DNA of 64,000 nt. It comes from Chiloscyllium plagiosum (lineage: Eukaryota). Location: NCBI RefSeq assembly GCF_004010195.1, contig NC_057751.1, forward strand, positions 9,183,611-9,247,610. The letters run 5' to 3'. Positions 37,561-51,611 of the stretch are shown piece after piece (position 1 is the stretch's first letter; each line of letters starts with the position of its first letter). Made by a program: the position numbers and the translations under genes. Below the pieces are notes generated by a model. The model was not told where the DNA came from. It saw nothing but the letters and a program-made list of their open reading frames with translations, and did not search any database.

Positions 37561-39817
37561 ACCGACCTCGTGGTGGAGGAGGTCAATGAATTGCACATAG
37601 ATCCTATGACTCTGTTCGACAGAATGATTGAGGAACCAAAGTGGTTATTATATTATGAATCATATCAAGTAACACCACAAATATCAGAGAGCTTTATGTA
37701 ATATTGGCATGTATTTTGACCCTAAAGTATACAGGAACATTACAGGTGGAGAGAACAAGGTTGCATGAATTGTCAGTTACCTTACAAAGCTCATCACTTT
37801 TTAATTAATCAAGAAATTTACAAACTTGGGTTAGATAAATTAAATTTTCTTTTCAAATGATGTGCTACGTCATAAAAATTAGAGGAAGTGGAGAGGGGCA
37901 TTTAGTCCTTCAAGCTGAACTATTCGATTTAATTAGATCACGGTTGATAATCAAGTACAAAACCTTGTTTTTGGTTTGTTCCCTAACTTCTACAGGTTGC
38001 AATACCAAGGGCATTGGCAGCTCTAATGTCCCTTTCCTGAGTGTCTGTTCTTGAAGTGTCAATGGTGAACTGTACCAATATATTTTATGAAGGTTAGCAC
38101 AATTGAGACTAAATCTGTTCTCAAAGTTTGACTGAATGAGTTACAATTTGGTTATTCAGTCCTCTCAGTCCTGAGCTCAGACAGATTAGGAAGTCCCTAT
38201 TTTTTCTGCGCCATCTCATTATAAAGTGACTTAGTCTGTGTTGGCATGAACACAGTAAGTAAGCTGTTATCAGTCCAGTCCCTGCCAGTCAGCAGTGAGG
38301 AATAGGTGACAGTAACAGTACAACAAAAGGCAGAGGAGAGAGTTTGAGCTGCAGCAATTTGTACTGAACATATCTATGTATTATGGGAGCTATGAGACAT
38401 TATTTAGATTCAATGCCATATCATGTTTGGACTTTGTATGATTTCAACTGTTCCATATATTTTAGAGATCTATTACCATGCAACAGTTGTCAGTTTTGGG
38501 ACTCAGATGTATTCAATATCTTCTTTCATTTTTGAACAGTAGGTGCAACAAAACAAAATCAAATTAGACAGAACCATACTTTAAATAGTGAGTTCTGATA
38601 CCACCCAAAATATTGGAGAAACTTTAGTCAAAAGTGCATTTATGGACATTGTGTGAAATCTGTCCATTCCACCATCCAGCACAGTCCAATTCATCTCCTA
38701 GCTTTCATTGCTCAAGATCACATATCAATTGAGGTATCAAACATCAAGTGACTGGTGAGATGCATGAGTCAGCACCTTCAGGACAGGGCTGAAACTGGGT
38801 GTGCAAATTGACATATAACACACTTTGTGGAGTGTGAACTGCACAAAGTGAAAATGCTGGGTGTTGAGTTAAGTGTGGGAGTTTAGGGAAGAGGGGAACA
38901 GAAGCATTGCTGTCTGTTGTTCTGGCCATTTTTGCAAGGGGCTTCTTTGTGGTTGAGGTGCTGCTGTTTAGACCTCAGAGCAGATCAAGGTGAATACCAA
39001 GCTTTGTTGAGGAAGGCAAGCAGCAGCAAGGTAGGGGTAAGATAAGCCGTTTTTCTCCTAAGTCCGCAAGTGGCAGAGATGGCCATCATTGGAGTGATCT
39101 GCTCCTCCAGATGTGGGAGATTCAGGAGTAGTTGAGTTTCCCCTGCAACTATGTCTGCAGGAAGTGTGTCTGACTGCAGCTCCTGTCAGACCACATGAAC
39201 TGGTTGGATTGTCAGTTGAACATACTGAGTAGGAGGTAGAGAATACGACAAATAGTAGTTTCACAGAGATGGTCACACCACAGGTTCAGTCAGAGAGATT
39301 GGTGATCACCAGGAGAGCTAGGCAGATAGTGTCTCCTGTGACTATCCCCGTATTAGGCAAGTATAACATTTGGAGAGGGTTTGTTCGGGGGGTGCATAGA
39401 CTCTCAGGGGAAAACATCAGCAGCTAAGCAGGTCTCTGGTACCACAACTGGCTATGCAGGATACGGCAAGGTCCAAGTGAGCAATGCTGATAGGACACTC
39501 TCCAGTCAAGGACACAGACAGCCATTTCTGCAGCCATGAGCAAGAATCCAGGATGGTGTGTTGCCTCCCTGATGCGAGGGTCAAGGACATCTCATGTGGT
39601 TACAGCAAATTCTCAAAGGGGAGCATGCGCACCTGGAGATTGTTACAGACTTCCTGCGGAGTGAATACCGGGAGCTAGGCAGGAGGTTAAAAAGCAGAAT
39701 CTCAAAGGTAGTAAGCTCTGAATTATTTTTGGCGGCATGTGCTAGTGACAATAGAAATAGGAAGATAAGGGCAGATGAATGCACAGCTGAGGAGCTGCTG
39801 CAGGGAGCAGGGATTCA

Positions 39818-39968
39818 AAGAACAGAATCCCTACAGTGCAGACAGAGGCCAATCGGCCCATCAAGTCTGCACTGACCGTCCAAAGAGCATCCCACCCTAT
39901 CCATATAAACCTACATTTACTACAGTTAATCCTACTAGCCTGCACACTACAGGCAATTTAGCATAGCA
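39818..39968 (-). mobile_element. HE1-related SINE 3' fragment
   Basis: cactacaggcaatttagcatagc matches the HE1 body; CR1-type tail. Confidence 0.75.
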
Positions 39969-41077
39969 AATCAGCAAATCATTGTGATTCCGATATCTGA
40001 ACCATTGGGATCTCAGGGGTTGGGACCCAAAGCAGTCGTGACACAAGAGAGAAGGTTGAAGCTGGTACAGAAGCAAGTTAAATGGACATGGCAAGCAAGA
40101 GCACATCAGACAGTGAGGGAAAACCGATGAATTAAACTACATTTATTTCAATGCAAGAGGCCTCACTAATAATGGATGGGAACATAGGATTGGGACATCA
40201 TAAGAATTACAGAAACTTGACTGAGGGAGGGACAAGACTCGCAATTCAATGTTCCAGAGTATACATGCTATTGGAAAGAAAAAAGTGAGGCAAGAAGGGA
40301 GGGGCAGCTGTATTTTTCAATTGGGAAAACATCATGGTAGTACTGAGAGGATATTCCTGAGGGAATGTCCAGTGAAGTGTGATGGATGGAACTGAGAAAT
40401 AAGGAAGAGGTGTTCACTTTAATTAGATTGTACTTTCGGACCCCTATAGTCAGGAAAAATATTGAGGGCAAATATGTAGTGAGATCACTGATAGCTGTAA
40501 GCATAACAAGATTGTAACAGGAGGTGATTTTAACTTTCCAAACATAGTCTGGAACTGTCATAGTGTTAAGGGCTTGGATTGGGAGGAATTTGTTTTGTGT
40601 TCAAGAAAACTTTCTCAATCAGTCTGTAGGTGGTCCTGCAAGAGATAAGGCAAAACTTAAGCTTGTCTTGGGAAAAAAGGCAGGGCAAGGGACTGAGGTG
40701 TTACTGGGAGAGGGGGGCACTTTATGACCAATAACCATAATTCTATTAATTTTAAAATAGTTATGGAAAAGGATCGGTCTAATCCACAAGTTTAAGTTCT
40801 AAATTGGGGGTAAGGCTAATTTTGATAGTAATGGACAGAAACTTTTAAAAGCTGATTGAGGGAGAGTATTTGCAGGAAAGTGGGAGACTTTCAAAAGCAA
40901 GCTAACAAGGGTGCAGGGCCAGCATGTTACTGTTAGTGGGTAGAACAAGGCTGGCAGGAGGGGGGATCACTGACTGACTGGAGTTCTGGTTCAGAAAAAG
41001 GAAGCATATGTCAGATGTAGACAGCTGGGTTCAAGTGAATCCCTTGAGGGGTATAGAAAGTGTAGGAGTACACACAT

Positions 41078-41367
41078 ATCATCGAATCTGTATAGTGCGG
41101 AAGCAGACCATTCAAGTCCATCGAGTCCACATCAATCTTCCGAAAAACATCCCACTGAGACCCACTTGCTTGCACACTGTGGGCAATTTAGCATGGCCAA
41201 TGCACTGAACCAGTTTTTGAATTGTGGGAGGAAACCGGAGCACCCAGAAGAAAACACAAAGAGAATGTGCAAACTCTACACAGACAGTCACCCAAGGCTG
41301 CAATCGAACCCAGGTGTCTGGCACTGGAAGCACGTAGTGCTAACCACTGAGCCACCGTACTGCCCCA
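41078..41367 (-). mobile_element. Older HE1-type V-SINE
   Basis: Reverse complement gggcagtacggtggctcagtggttagcac...ggttcgattgc...gtagagtttgcacattctc. Confidence 0.9.
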
Positions 41368-41964
41368 CTTAAGAGGGAAATCAGGAGGGCAAAAAGGGGA
41401 CACAAGGTAGCTATGACAGATAGGATAAAGGAGAATCCAAAAGGATTCTTCAATTATATAACAGACAAAAGAACAACTCAGAAAATAGGGCCCTTAAAGA
41501 TCAATAAGGCCATCCACGTTAGAACCACAGAAGATGGGCGAGATGCTGAACAAATATTTTGCATCGGTATTTACCATAGAGAAAGACACGGAAGCTAGGG
41601 AACTGGAGAAATAAATAGAGATATCTTGAAAAGAGTTCATATTGTTGAAGTGGAGGTGCTGGAGGTCTTAAAACACATAAAAGTAGATAAATCTCCTGAC
41701 CTGATCAAGTGCATCCCGGACATTATGGGTAGCTAGGGAAGAAATTGTGGGCCCCGAAGCATGGTTTTGTCCATGGGAAATCATATCTCACAAACCTGAC
41801 TGAGTTTTTTGAAGATGTGTCCAAGAAAATAGATGAAGGCAGAGTAGTAAGCATTGTCAACATGGATTTTTAGCAAGATCTTCTACAAGTTTCCGCAAGG
41901 CAATCTGGTTGGTAAGGTAGATCACATGGGATCCAAGGAGAGCTAGCCACTTAAATACAAAATT

Positions 41965-42520
41965 TGTGACAATGCTGTCAGTTTAAAAAGATTATTTTGA
42001 CCTTTTTTGTGAAGAGAGGTCGTAAAGGCAGAGGTACCAAAGAGTGTAGTTAACAATGGAAGGGGAGGGCCAGTTCTTCCAGTTCCAGGTTTTTTTCTAG
42101 CTTGTTTTAGCTGTAGCAGTCACAAAATGTGAGAGTCCATGAGAGTTGCAAACTTCAGTAAAAAATTCCTCTGACTTTTCTCTGAAATCTCTCTCCGGAT
42201 GTTGATCCCTCCGCTCATAAGAATCTGTGTTTGAATTTACCTTTTTGCCAAGGGATGTTACTGTATTGGAACAATTAATTAGTGATAGTTACTGCATTGG
42301 GTCAGTTAAGTTTTTCAGTAAAGTTATTCTCAATTCCACTTTGTTTTGTTTGTGTTTGAAATGTAATGTTTAAATACATTGTTTTGCTTAAAGCCAAGTG
42401 GTGTGACCAGCTGCATCACACCTGGAAAACCCACTTCACATCTGCCTTTAAAATAAGAAAAAGTTAGGGTCTAAGCTACTTTCTTAAAATATTTTAAGAG
42501 GTCTGGCCTGGTCCATAACA
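41965..42520. mobile_element. Probable solo LTR (556 bp); related 5' fragment at ~34410-34520
   Basis: Begins TGTGAC and ends TAACA; interrupts the CR1 at atacaaaatt|attggc with an att/aatt duplication. Confidence 0.7.
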
Positions 42521-43521
42521 ATTGGCGTAATGTTACGAGACACAGGGTTGTGGTAGAGAGTTGTTATTCAGACTGAAGGCCTGTGACCAGCGGTGTGCCA
42601 CAAGGATCAGTGCTTGATCAGCTGCTATTCATAATTTCTATCAATGATTTAGATGAGAATATATGAGGAATGGTTAGTAAGATTGCGGATGACACCAAAT
42701 TTGGTGCCATAGTGGTTAATCAAGAAGGTTAAGAATACAGTGGGATCTTTATCGATTGGGCTGAGGAACGGCAGGTGGAGTTTAATTCAGATAAATGTGA
42801 GGTATTTCATTTTGATAGGGACTTACACAGTTAATGGAAGGACACTGAGGAGTGTTTTTGAACAGGAAAACCAAGGAATGCAGGTACATAGTTCCTTTAA
42901 AGTGGTGTCACAGTTAGACAGATGGTGAAAAAGTTGTTTGGCATGCTTGCCTTTGTTGATCAGAGCATTCTGTACGGAAGTTAGAATGTCATGTTATGAC
43001 TGTACAACACATTGATAAGACCATGTTTGGAGTACAGAGTACATTTCTGGTCACCCTGTTACAGGGAGTATGTTATTAAACTAGAAATGGTGCAAAAAAG
43101 ATTGATAAAAATTGTTGTCAAGATTGCAAAGTTTGAGTTGTAAGGAAAAGCTGGGGAAGCTTGGACATTTTTCACTGGAGTATAATAGGCTGAGGGGTAA
43201 CATTATCAAGGTTTATAAAATCATCTAGGACACAGATGAGGAGACGAGCCAAGTCTCTTCCCCAGGGTAGGGAAGCCTAAAATGAGAGGGCATAGGTTTA
43301 TGGTGAGATGGTAAGGATTTAAAAGAGAGCTCAAGGGCAAATGTTTCAAACAGAGGGTAGTGCATACCTTGAACGAGCTGCCAGAGGAACAATTAAAATA
43401 AATTAGGACAAGTACATGGATAAGAAAGGTTTAGAGTGATATGGGCCCAATGTAGGCAAACAGGTCTAATTCAGTTTCGGAAACCTGGTTAGCATGGAGG
43501 GACAAAGGGTTGATTTCTGTG

Positions 43522-44419
43522 CTCAATGTTGTATGTGTGGTTTGGGCTTGAAGTGATGGAATTTTGTCCATCTTTTCTTGGAAGTTATAAATCACTACCC
43601 TTCATTATTGCTCGGTGTCCAGATAGATGGTAAGGAAAATAAAGTCTACTTACATTTGGGAATTTAAAGATATTTGCTGGGTTTATGGGGAATGTTAGGA
43701 GGTGTTTAGATTTTAAAGTGTTGGGAAACAGGTTTCCGGGGCCTCAACATTGCGAACAATGGATAATCTTCTCAGACTGTGGTATTGAGATGTCACATCT
43801 TTCTTAGGATGTGTGAACACTAGGATGTGTGGCAACAACTTATGGAACACAGGGAATAAAATCTAGTAGCCCGATGCCCGAGTGAACAAAATCCTTCAGG
43901 CAGAGAAAAAAAACAGCCCAGATTTGTGCTGAGATTTGGGTTTCACTGCTGGACAAATACCCACCTTCCCCACCACTCACATAGTCCAAGGAATTAAGCA
44001 ATGAAACAAACTCCTTCCAGTTTCCTGAATGTAACATTATGACCAGGCAATGTTCCCCAATTTATTCTAGTTCCAGATGGGAAGCCATAAATAGTCAAGC
44101 TCCTGGCAATGGTTCCATAACTTGTTGCCACACATCCTAGTGTTCACACATCCTAAGAAAGATGTGACATCTCAATACCACAGTCTGAGAAGATTATCCA
44201 TTGTTCGCAATGTTGAGGCCCCGGAAACCTGTTTCCCAACACTTTAAAATCTAAACACCTCCTAACATTCCCCATAAACCCAGCAAATATCTTTAAATTC
44301 CCAAATGTAAGTAGACTTTATTTTCCTTACCATCTATCTGGACACCGAGCAATAATGAAGGGTAGTGATTTATAACTTCCAAGAAAAGATGGACAAAATT
44401 CCACACATACAACATTGAG
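43522..44419. repeat. Near-perfect inverted duplication, 292 bp core arms, 263 bp spacer
   Basis: 43557-43848 is the reverse complement of 44112-44403 with one mismatch by eye. Confidence 0.97.
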
Positions 44420-45741
44420 TGTTCAATGACGAGATCTGGTATATCTTCAACTTGCTTGGAGATAGAGAAGTGTGATTTTGCTTTGTTAATTTCCCTGTTG
44501 TTCAAGCCTATGCATCCAAAATGATCAACTGGTTCTTGGATATCATGGATTTAAATAACAATAACACTTCCATCCATTATAATAAGTCCATACCCCTCAT
44601 TTCTGAAGGAAAGCAACCACCAATACATCAGAGAAACAACGGAGGTAGTCGGCTGCTTAACCTTTGGCTCCTCACTCATTATATCAGATAATCCTGATTC
44701 TGACTGACCCAAGTGGCTTAGTGACCACGTCCAAAGCCGTGGGTTGCTCTTGCAGACTGCCCATCACCCTCAAGCGAAGGCTATCACCTTGATTTGATTA
44801 AGGACTGTTGACAACCACAAAAAGCATCCAGGCTTTGTGTCTGCAGTCAACAACACAACAAAAGTAATATGAGTCTCACAGCTCTAGCTGAGGGGACAAA
44901 ACACTAAAAGGCAAGTAAGGCAATGCAAGGCAAGGATGGTGTGAGCATGCAGGTAAACTCAGAGTGAGTGAGCACTATGACAGAGAGCAAATTGTATGGA
45001 GATCCATCCTAATCCTGTCCATAAGTTGGGATGGAGTCCCTGAGCACAGGGTCCGTGCAGCAGCTTTGGAACAACAGTAACTGGTGCAACCAAGGTGCAG
45101 CCATGAAGTGCAGAAGTGTCCCGTAACTCTCCTGATTGGAGATGTGCCAGAAGGATTTTTAGCGGCTGGCACATAGCAGATGCCAGTGTCTAAGGATGTG
45201 GGGTGCATGTGGCTGGTCCCCTTGGAGCATACCCTAAGATGTTGGTGCTGATTGCCCAACATGGAGGTCTTTTTGTGCAAGTAGTGAGCATAAGTTGCTG
45301 AATACCCAATCTGAGTTTGATTATGCGACTTCTTCATGTCTAGTTTCTTTGGCACGTTTGTTAGAATGAGAAGCCCAATGAGGTGAGATGAAGCATTAAT
45401 ATGGCTTTTTACAAGCTATAAGCTCTCTCAATTACTAACTTACTCCTGTCTTATGAGAAACTGGCTATGTTACTCAGCAAAATGCAATACTCACCTCACA
45501 CTAAAGCCTTGACTTCTCTTCTTCGCCCTTTTTATTCATTAACCCCAGCCGTAAATGTTGTACACTTGTTGGCAGGATTGGAGATAGTTGTAATTTATTT
45601 TCCAGTATCTGCTACAAAATAATAACACCGAGATTAAAGCCACAGGCTTTATGCAATAATGCACAACTTGTTGGTGAGTGTGATTTCAATACTTTTCTTG
45701 ACACATTTTAAAATTTTTTGGTTGTACTACATTGTTTTATG

Positions 45742-45961
45742 CTGAAAATGTGTTGCTGGAAAAGCGCAGCAGGTCAGGCAGCATCCAGGGAACAGGAGAA
45801 TCGACGTTTCGGGCATAAGCCCTTCTTCTTCATTCCTGAACAAGGGCTTATGCCCGAAACGTCGATTCTCCTGTTCCCTGGATGCTGCCTGACCTGCTGC
45901 GCTTTTCCAGCAACACATTTTCAGCTCTGATCTCCAGCATCTGCAGACCTCACGCTCTCCC
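45742..45961. mobile_element. Fold-back pair of PLE termini with hammerhead cores (45803-45828 minus, partial; 45836-45863 plus)
   Basis: ~85 bp near-perfect arms; TSD cta(ca/tg)ttgttttatg at 45727-45741 and 45962-45976. Confidence 0.92.
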
Positions 45962-46861
45962 CTATGTTGTTTTATGACTGGAGAAAAATCCTCCAGATAT
46001 ACAAATGAAGTTTTTTTTGTTCTATAGCACTGTACTCACTGTGCATTTGGAGTAATAATTCTTTTTTATTATTATGAAGCCCTGAGGGCATCAATAATTC
46101 CCATATCTAGTTATTTGAGTCAGTTGGACTTCAAGTCAGGCCGAAGTGTTAATGAACATACCACCTTGGTTTATTGGTAACTTTTTGTGAGTCTAAATCA
46201 ATTCAAAAGACCCACAGGAACATTAAAGCTTGAAGCAAGTAGGCAAGATCCGTGCAAAAAAACGATGTTAACATTTCAGTTATGGATACTTTGCTGAAAA
46301 TATTTTGAAATTAAACACTGATTCCTCTGTTTTTCCATGGTACTGCACATCACCTGAATATTTCTATCCATTCTCAGTTTATGTTTCAAAGTTCCAACAC
46401 TTATGACTACTTCCAATAATTTTGCTTTTTGTAAAACAAGGCTGACTTGCTTTCAAAATTATGAACTCCAATCTCAAACCTGACAGTACATACTGTGGCT
46501 GGATACCATTTCTTCGGGTCCTGTTCCACGTTAGGGCAAGTCTCAACGGAAGACGTGAGAAGATATTACAGCTTCTACATTTCGATTGTGCAGCATCAGA
46601 AGTGATCCTCTATGGGCAGCAATAATTATCTAGTCTGCAGAAGGCCTCTGGTTAATGTGTAATTACACGTTCAGTACTGTGGCCTGTAGGCCAAGAGAAA
46701 TTGAAACTAATCTTCACTGGTGAATCGCTCACACTTAGCACTGCTAGAATGGGACAACACTCATTCATTGTAAAGGTTGGAAGTGCTTATGTATTGTTTT
46801 CTTTACTCTCCTCAATATCTTACTCTACTGTTCACTTTACTGCATTCAAGCAGGTCTGAAT

Positions 46862-49800
46862 TAGAACAAAGAACAGTACAGCATAGTACAGGCCTTTTGG
46901 CCCTCGATGTTGTGCCAACCTTTAATGCTACTCTAAGATCACACTAACCTACATAACCTTCATTTAACTATCATCAATGTTCCTATCCAAGAGTTGCTTT
47001 AATATCCCTAACATATCTGACTCTGCTACCACTGCTGGCATTGCATTCCATGCACCCACACTCTGTAAAGAACCAATCTCTGACATCTCCCCGAGACCTT
47101 CCTCCAATTACCTTAAAATTATGCCCCCTCGTGATATACATTTCCACTCGGGCTATCAACTCTATCTATGCCTCTCACCATCTGGTACATCTCTTTCATG
47201 TCACCCCTCATCCTTTTTCATTACAATGAGAAAAACCCTAGCTCCCTCAACTCTTCTTCATTAGACATGCCCTCCAGTCCAGGCAGCATCTGCTAAATCT
47301 CCTCTGCATCCTCTCTAAAGCTTCCACATCCTTCTGAGAATTAGGTGACCAGAACTGAACACAATATTCCAATTGTGGTCGAACTAAGGTTTTATAGACC
47401 TGCAGCATAACCTCGCAGTTCTTTAACCCAATTTTCATTACCGTGCTAATGAAAATCAACACACCATACGCCTTCCTAACAACCCTCTCAATCTGGGTGG
47501 CAACTTTGAGCGATCTACAGGTATGGGCCCTAAGATCTCTCTGTTCCTCCACACTGCCAAGAATCCTGCCTTTAGCCCTTTGTTTGCATTCAAATTCGAT
47601 CTGTCAAAATGAATCACTTCACACTTTTCCAGGTTGAACTCCATCTGCCACTTCTCAGCCCAGCTCTGCATCCGATCAATGTCCCGTTGCGACCTACAAC
47701 AGCCCTCCACACTATCCTCAACTCCACCAATCTTTGTGTCATTGGCAAACTTACTAAACCACCCTTCCACTTCGCATCCAAGTCAATTATAGAAATCACA
47801 AAGAGCAGAGGTCCGAGAACAGATCCCTGCAGAACACGATTGGTCACCGAGCTCCAGGCTGAATACTTTCTATCTACTACGACCCTCTATCTTCAATGGG
47901 CCAGCCAATTCTGCATCCAGACAGCCAAATTTCGCTTTTTCCCATGTCTCCTTACTTTTTGAATGAACTACAGGGAACCTGATCAAACACCTTACTAAAA
48001 TCCATATAACCAGAGACACTGCTGTACCTTCATCAATGTGTTTTGTCACATTCTCAAACAATTCAATAAAGTTTGTGAGGCATGGCCTGCCCTCACAAAG
48101 CCATGCTGACTATCTCTAATCAAACTGTGCTTTTCCAAATAATCGTAAATCCTGTCTCTCAGAATCCTCTCCAATCATTTGCCCAACATCAACATAAGAC
48201 TGACTGGTCTGTAATTCCGAAGGTTATTCTTACTCCTTTTCTTGAACAAAGGAATAACATTTGCTAACCTCCAGTCATCTGATATTATTCAGTGGACAGT
48301 GAGGACGCAAAGATAATCGCCAAATGGCCAGCAATTTCTTCCCTCACTTCCAGTAGCGACCTTGGGCATATCCCATCTGGCCCAGGGTACCTATCTATCC
48401 TTATGTTTTTTTAAATTTTCAGCACATCTTCCTTCTTAACATCAACCTGATCAAGCATATCAGCCTCTTTCATGCTGTCCTCACAAACGACAAGATCCCT
48501 CTCTCTATTGAATACTGAAGCAAAGTATTCATTAAGGACCTCCCCACACTCCTTAAACTCCACGCATGAGTTCCCTCCACTGTCCCTGATCGGCCTTACC
48601 CTCACTCTGGCCATCCTCTTGTTCCTCACGTAAGTGTAGAACGCCTTGAGGTTTTCCTCAATGCTACCCGCTAAGGCTTTTTCGTGTCCCCTTCTAACTC
48701 TAAGTCCATTCTTCAGTTCCTTCTTGGCCTCCTTGTAACCCTCTAGAGCCCTGTCTGATCCTTGCTTCCTCAACCTTAAGTAAGCTTCCTTCTTCCTCTT
48801 GACTAGATGTTCAACATCTCTTGTCATCCAAGGTTCCTTCACCTTACCATCCCTTCCTTGCCTCAGTGAGACAAACCTGTCCAGCACTATCAGCAAGTGC
48901 TTCCTAAACAATCTCCACATTTCTGTCATGCATTTCCCTAACATCATCAGGGAATATCTGTTGCCAATTTAGGTGCTCTAGTTCCTGCCTAATAGCATTA
49001 TAATTCCCACTCCCCCAATTAAATACGTTTCCATACCATCTTCTCCTATCCCTCTCCAGGACTATAATATAGGTTAGGGAATTGTGATCACTATCACTGA
49101 AATGCTCTCCCACTGAGAGATCTGACACCTGCCCTAGTTCATAGCCAAGCACCAAATCCAATATGGCCTCCCCTCTACTCAAACTATCTACATGTTGAGT
49201 CAGGAACCTCTACTGGCCACACTGACAAAATCTGCTCCATCCAAACTATTTGCACGAAAGAGGTTCCAACTAATATTAGGGAAGTTGAAGTCACCCATGA
49301 CAACAATCCTGTTACTTCTGCATCTTTCCAAAATCTGCCTCCCAATCTGCTCCTCTGTGTGTCTGTTGCAATTTTTCTGATGGGAGGGGGGGGTCTATAG
49401 AAAACTCCCAATAAAGTGACTGCTTCTTTCCTGTTTCTGACTTCCACCCATACTGACTCAGTAGACAAATCCTGCTCAACAACCTTACTTTCTGCAGCCA
49501 TGATTCTATTCCTGATTAGCAATACCACTCCCCCACCTCTTTTACCTCCTTTCTTATTCCTTTTGAAACATCTAAACCCCAGAACATCCAACAAACCTTT
49601 CTTCCCCTGTGATATCCAAGTCTCCATAATGGCCACAACATCGTAGCTCCAAATACTGATCCTTGCTCTAAGTTCATCATCTTTATTCCTGACACTTCTT
49701 GCATTAAAATAGACACACTTCAACCCATCACATTGACTGCACGTTGGCCCTATCAAGTGTCCATCCCTCCTCACAGACTCTCTGCACACTTCATCTCCCT

Positions 49801-50235
49801 ATTCACCAGCTAGCCCATCCTCTGATCCATAGCTCTGGTTCCCATTCCCCTCCAAACTAGTTCAAACCCTCCGGATGAGCTCTAGCAAACGACCCGCCTA
49901 GGATATTGGTGCCCCTCCAAGTTCAGGTGCAACCGGTCCTTCTTGTACAGGTACCACCCTCCCCAGAAGGTATCCCGATGATCCACACATCTGATGCCCT
50001 CCCTCCTACAACAGCTCTGCAGCCACGTGTTCAGATGCACTTGCTCTCTGTTCCCAGCCTCAATAGCCTGTGGTACTGGTAGCAATCCTGAAATGAGTAC
50101 TCTGCTCATCTTGCCTTTTAGCTTCCAATCTAGCTCCTTATATTCACTTTTTAGGTCCTCATCCCTTTGCCTAGCTATGTCATTGATATCTATGTGTACC
50201 ACTACTTCTGGCTGCTCATCCTCCCCCTTAAGTAT
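46862..50235 (-). mobile_element. Near full-length CR1 (different family from 27520-30613), frameshifted
   Basis: VHIDINDI...LYKKDRLHLN (esterase); CVYFNARSVRNK, GVFYRPP, LNEYFASVF, QGSVLGPLLF, KFANDTK, YKTLVRPQLEYC. Confidence 0.95.
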
Positions 50236-51611
50236 CCTTTTTAAGAATTCGCTATGTTTTCCTCACACTTCACAGTGCTTCGAGCAAACATCTTTAGTGT
50301 ACCAGCAGCCAACCGTGAAGTTTGACTATACGTTCCCTTGATGTAAAAAAGTCTCTGGTTCAGGGTGAGAAGATGGATCTCCATTTCAGAAACAACTAGT
50401 TTACATTAGAATAAGTGTGGTTCAGTGAAGAAAGGGCAAACCTAGCCTGGATTCAACATCTCTATCTCATGCAGGAAAGATGACCTGCATGAATGTTTGT
50501 GAAGAACAGAATGCTTCACAATTCCCCTTGGGAACAAAGTGGTTGATAACAGTCAGCAAGATTCTGGTTTGACCTTTTATGGATGGAACAGATCCATGGT
50601 CGCCATGAAAATCTGTTTTCAATCAAAATTGGCTGACATCATCCACACTAAATACCAAGAGAATCTCTTAATAGAGATGGCCATGAGACAATCAGATTTG
50701 TCAAACCAAGGTGTTTGAAGAATGGCATAATTTGCTGATCTGCCTGTGTTGCACAGAACATCAGGTGCATTGCACTGATTTGGATTGTGATCTGAAAAGT
50801 GTATTACTTCCAACAAAGAATATGTTTGTTTGCCTGTCTGGCTTTAGATTTTCAGACTGCTGATAGACACACACATAGTCACTGTCTCAGCATCTGACCA
50901 TACTTCCTTCTCTGAAATTACCCTTCATTCTCTTTGCTCAGTAGGCAACATTCTTAAGTTAAAGCTTGATTTGAGTCAAATATTTTACTGCATCACTGAA
51001 AGAATACTTCCTTTGAATCAGCTGCAAAATTACTTTCATGATGATTCTCATCCCAAATTGCCCTTGAGGCAGTAGTGATGAGATGCCTTTTTGAACTGAA
51101 GTCCATGTGGTGCAAGTCCACATTTAGTGCTATCAGGAAGGGAGTTGCAGGGTTTAGATCCAATGATAGTGAAGGAACTCTGATATACTTCCAAATCAGG
51201 CTGGGTGTGGCTTGGAAGCAAACTTGCAGATAATAGTGTTCCAAAGCATCTGTTATCTTTCTCTGTCTCATGGAAGGTGCTCAGCAGGTTCTATTAATGG
51301 AGCCTTGGTGAATGCTACAGTGCATCTTGATGATGGTACACACTGATACTAGTGTGCATCATGGTGGAGGGTGTCAATGTCTAATTGCTGGACAGGGTGT
51401 CCATCTGCATTGTGTTGAGCTTTTTGAGTGTTCGAGGAGAGCAATCATGCAATTAAGTGCAAAGTATTGCATCTCGTTCCTGATTGGTGTCATGGGGAGT
51501 CAGGAGCTGATATGCTCACTGGAGAAACCCAGTGCAAGAATTCTTGTCTCTGAACTGCTCCTATAGCTACATACTTATATCTCTAGTCCAGATTGCTTTC
51601 TGCTCAAAACT

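Larger units (their letters stand above)
38900..43521 (+). mobile_element. Decayed full-length CR1 (ORF1 zinc finger + esterase, ORF2) with nested SINEs and a solo LTR
   Basis: YVCRKCV*LQLL, SRMVCCLPDARVKDIS, YFNARGL, GDFNFP, GVPQGSVL, KIADDTK. The 5' boundary is approximate. Confidence 0.85.

Noticed and set aside
45718..45930. Mirror-image ORFs MCCWKSAAGQAAS... on both strands as a peptide family
   Set aside because: These arise from translating the palindromic PLE termini.
46240..46410. Possible very old PLE terminus or hammerhead
   Set aside because: Too decayed; the core nucleotides cannot be recovered.
46530..46790. CpG-retaining unique segment with exon-like acceptor
   Set aside because: All frames examined contain stops and I recognise no homology.
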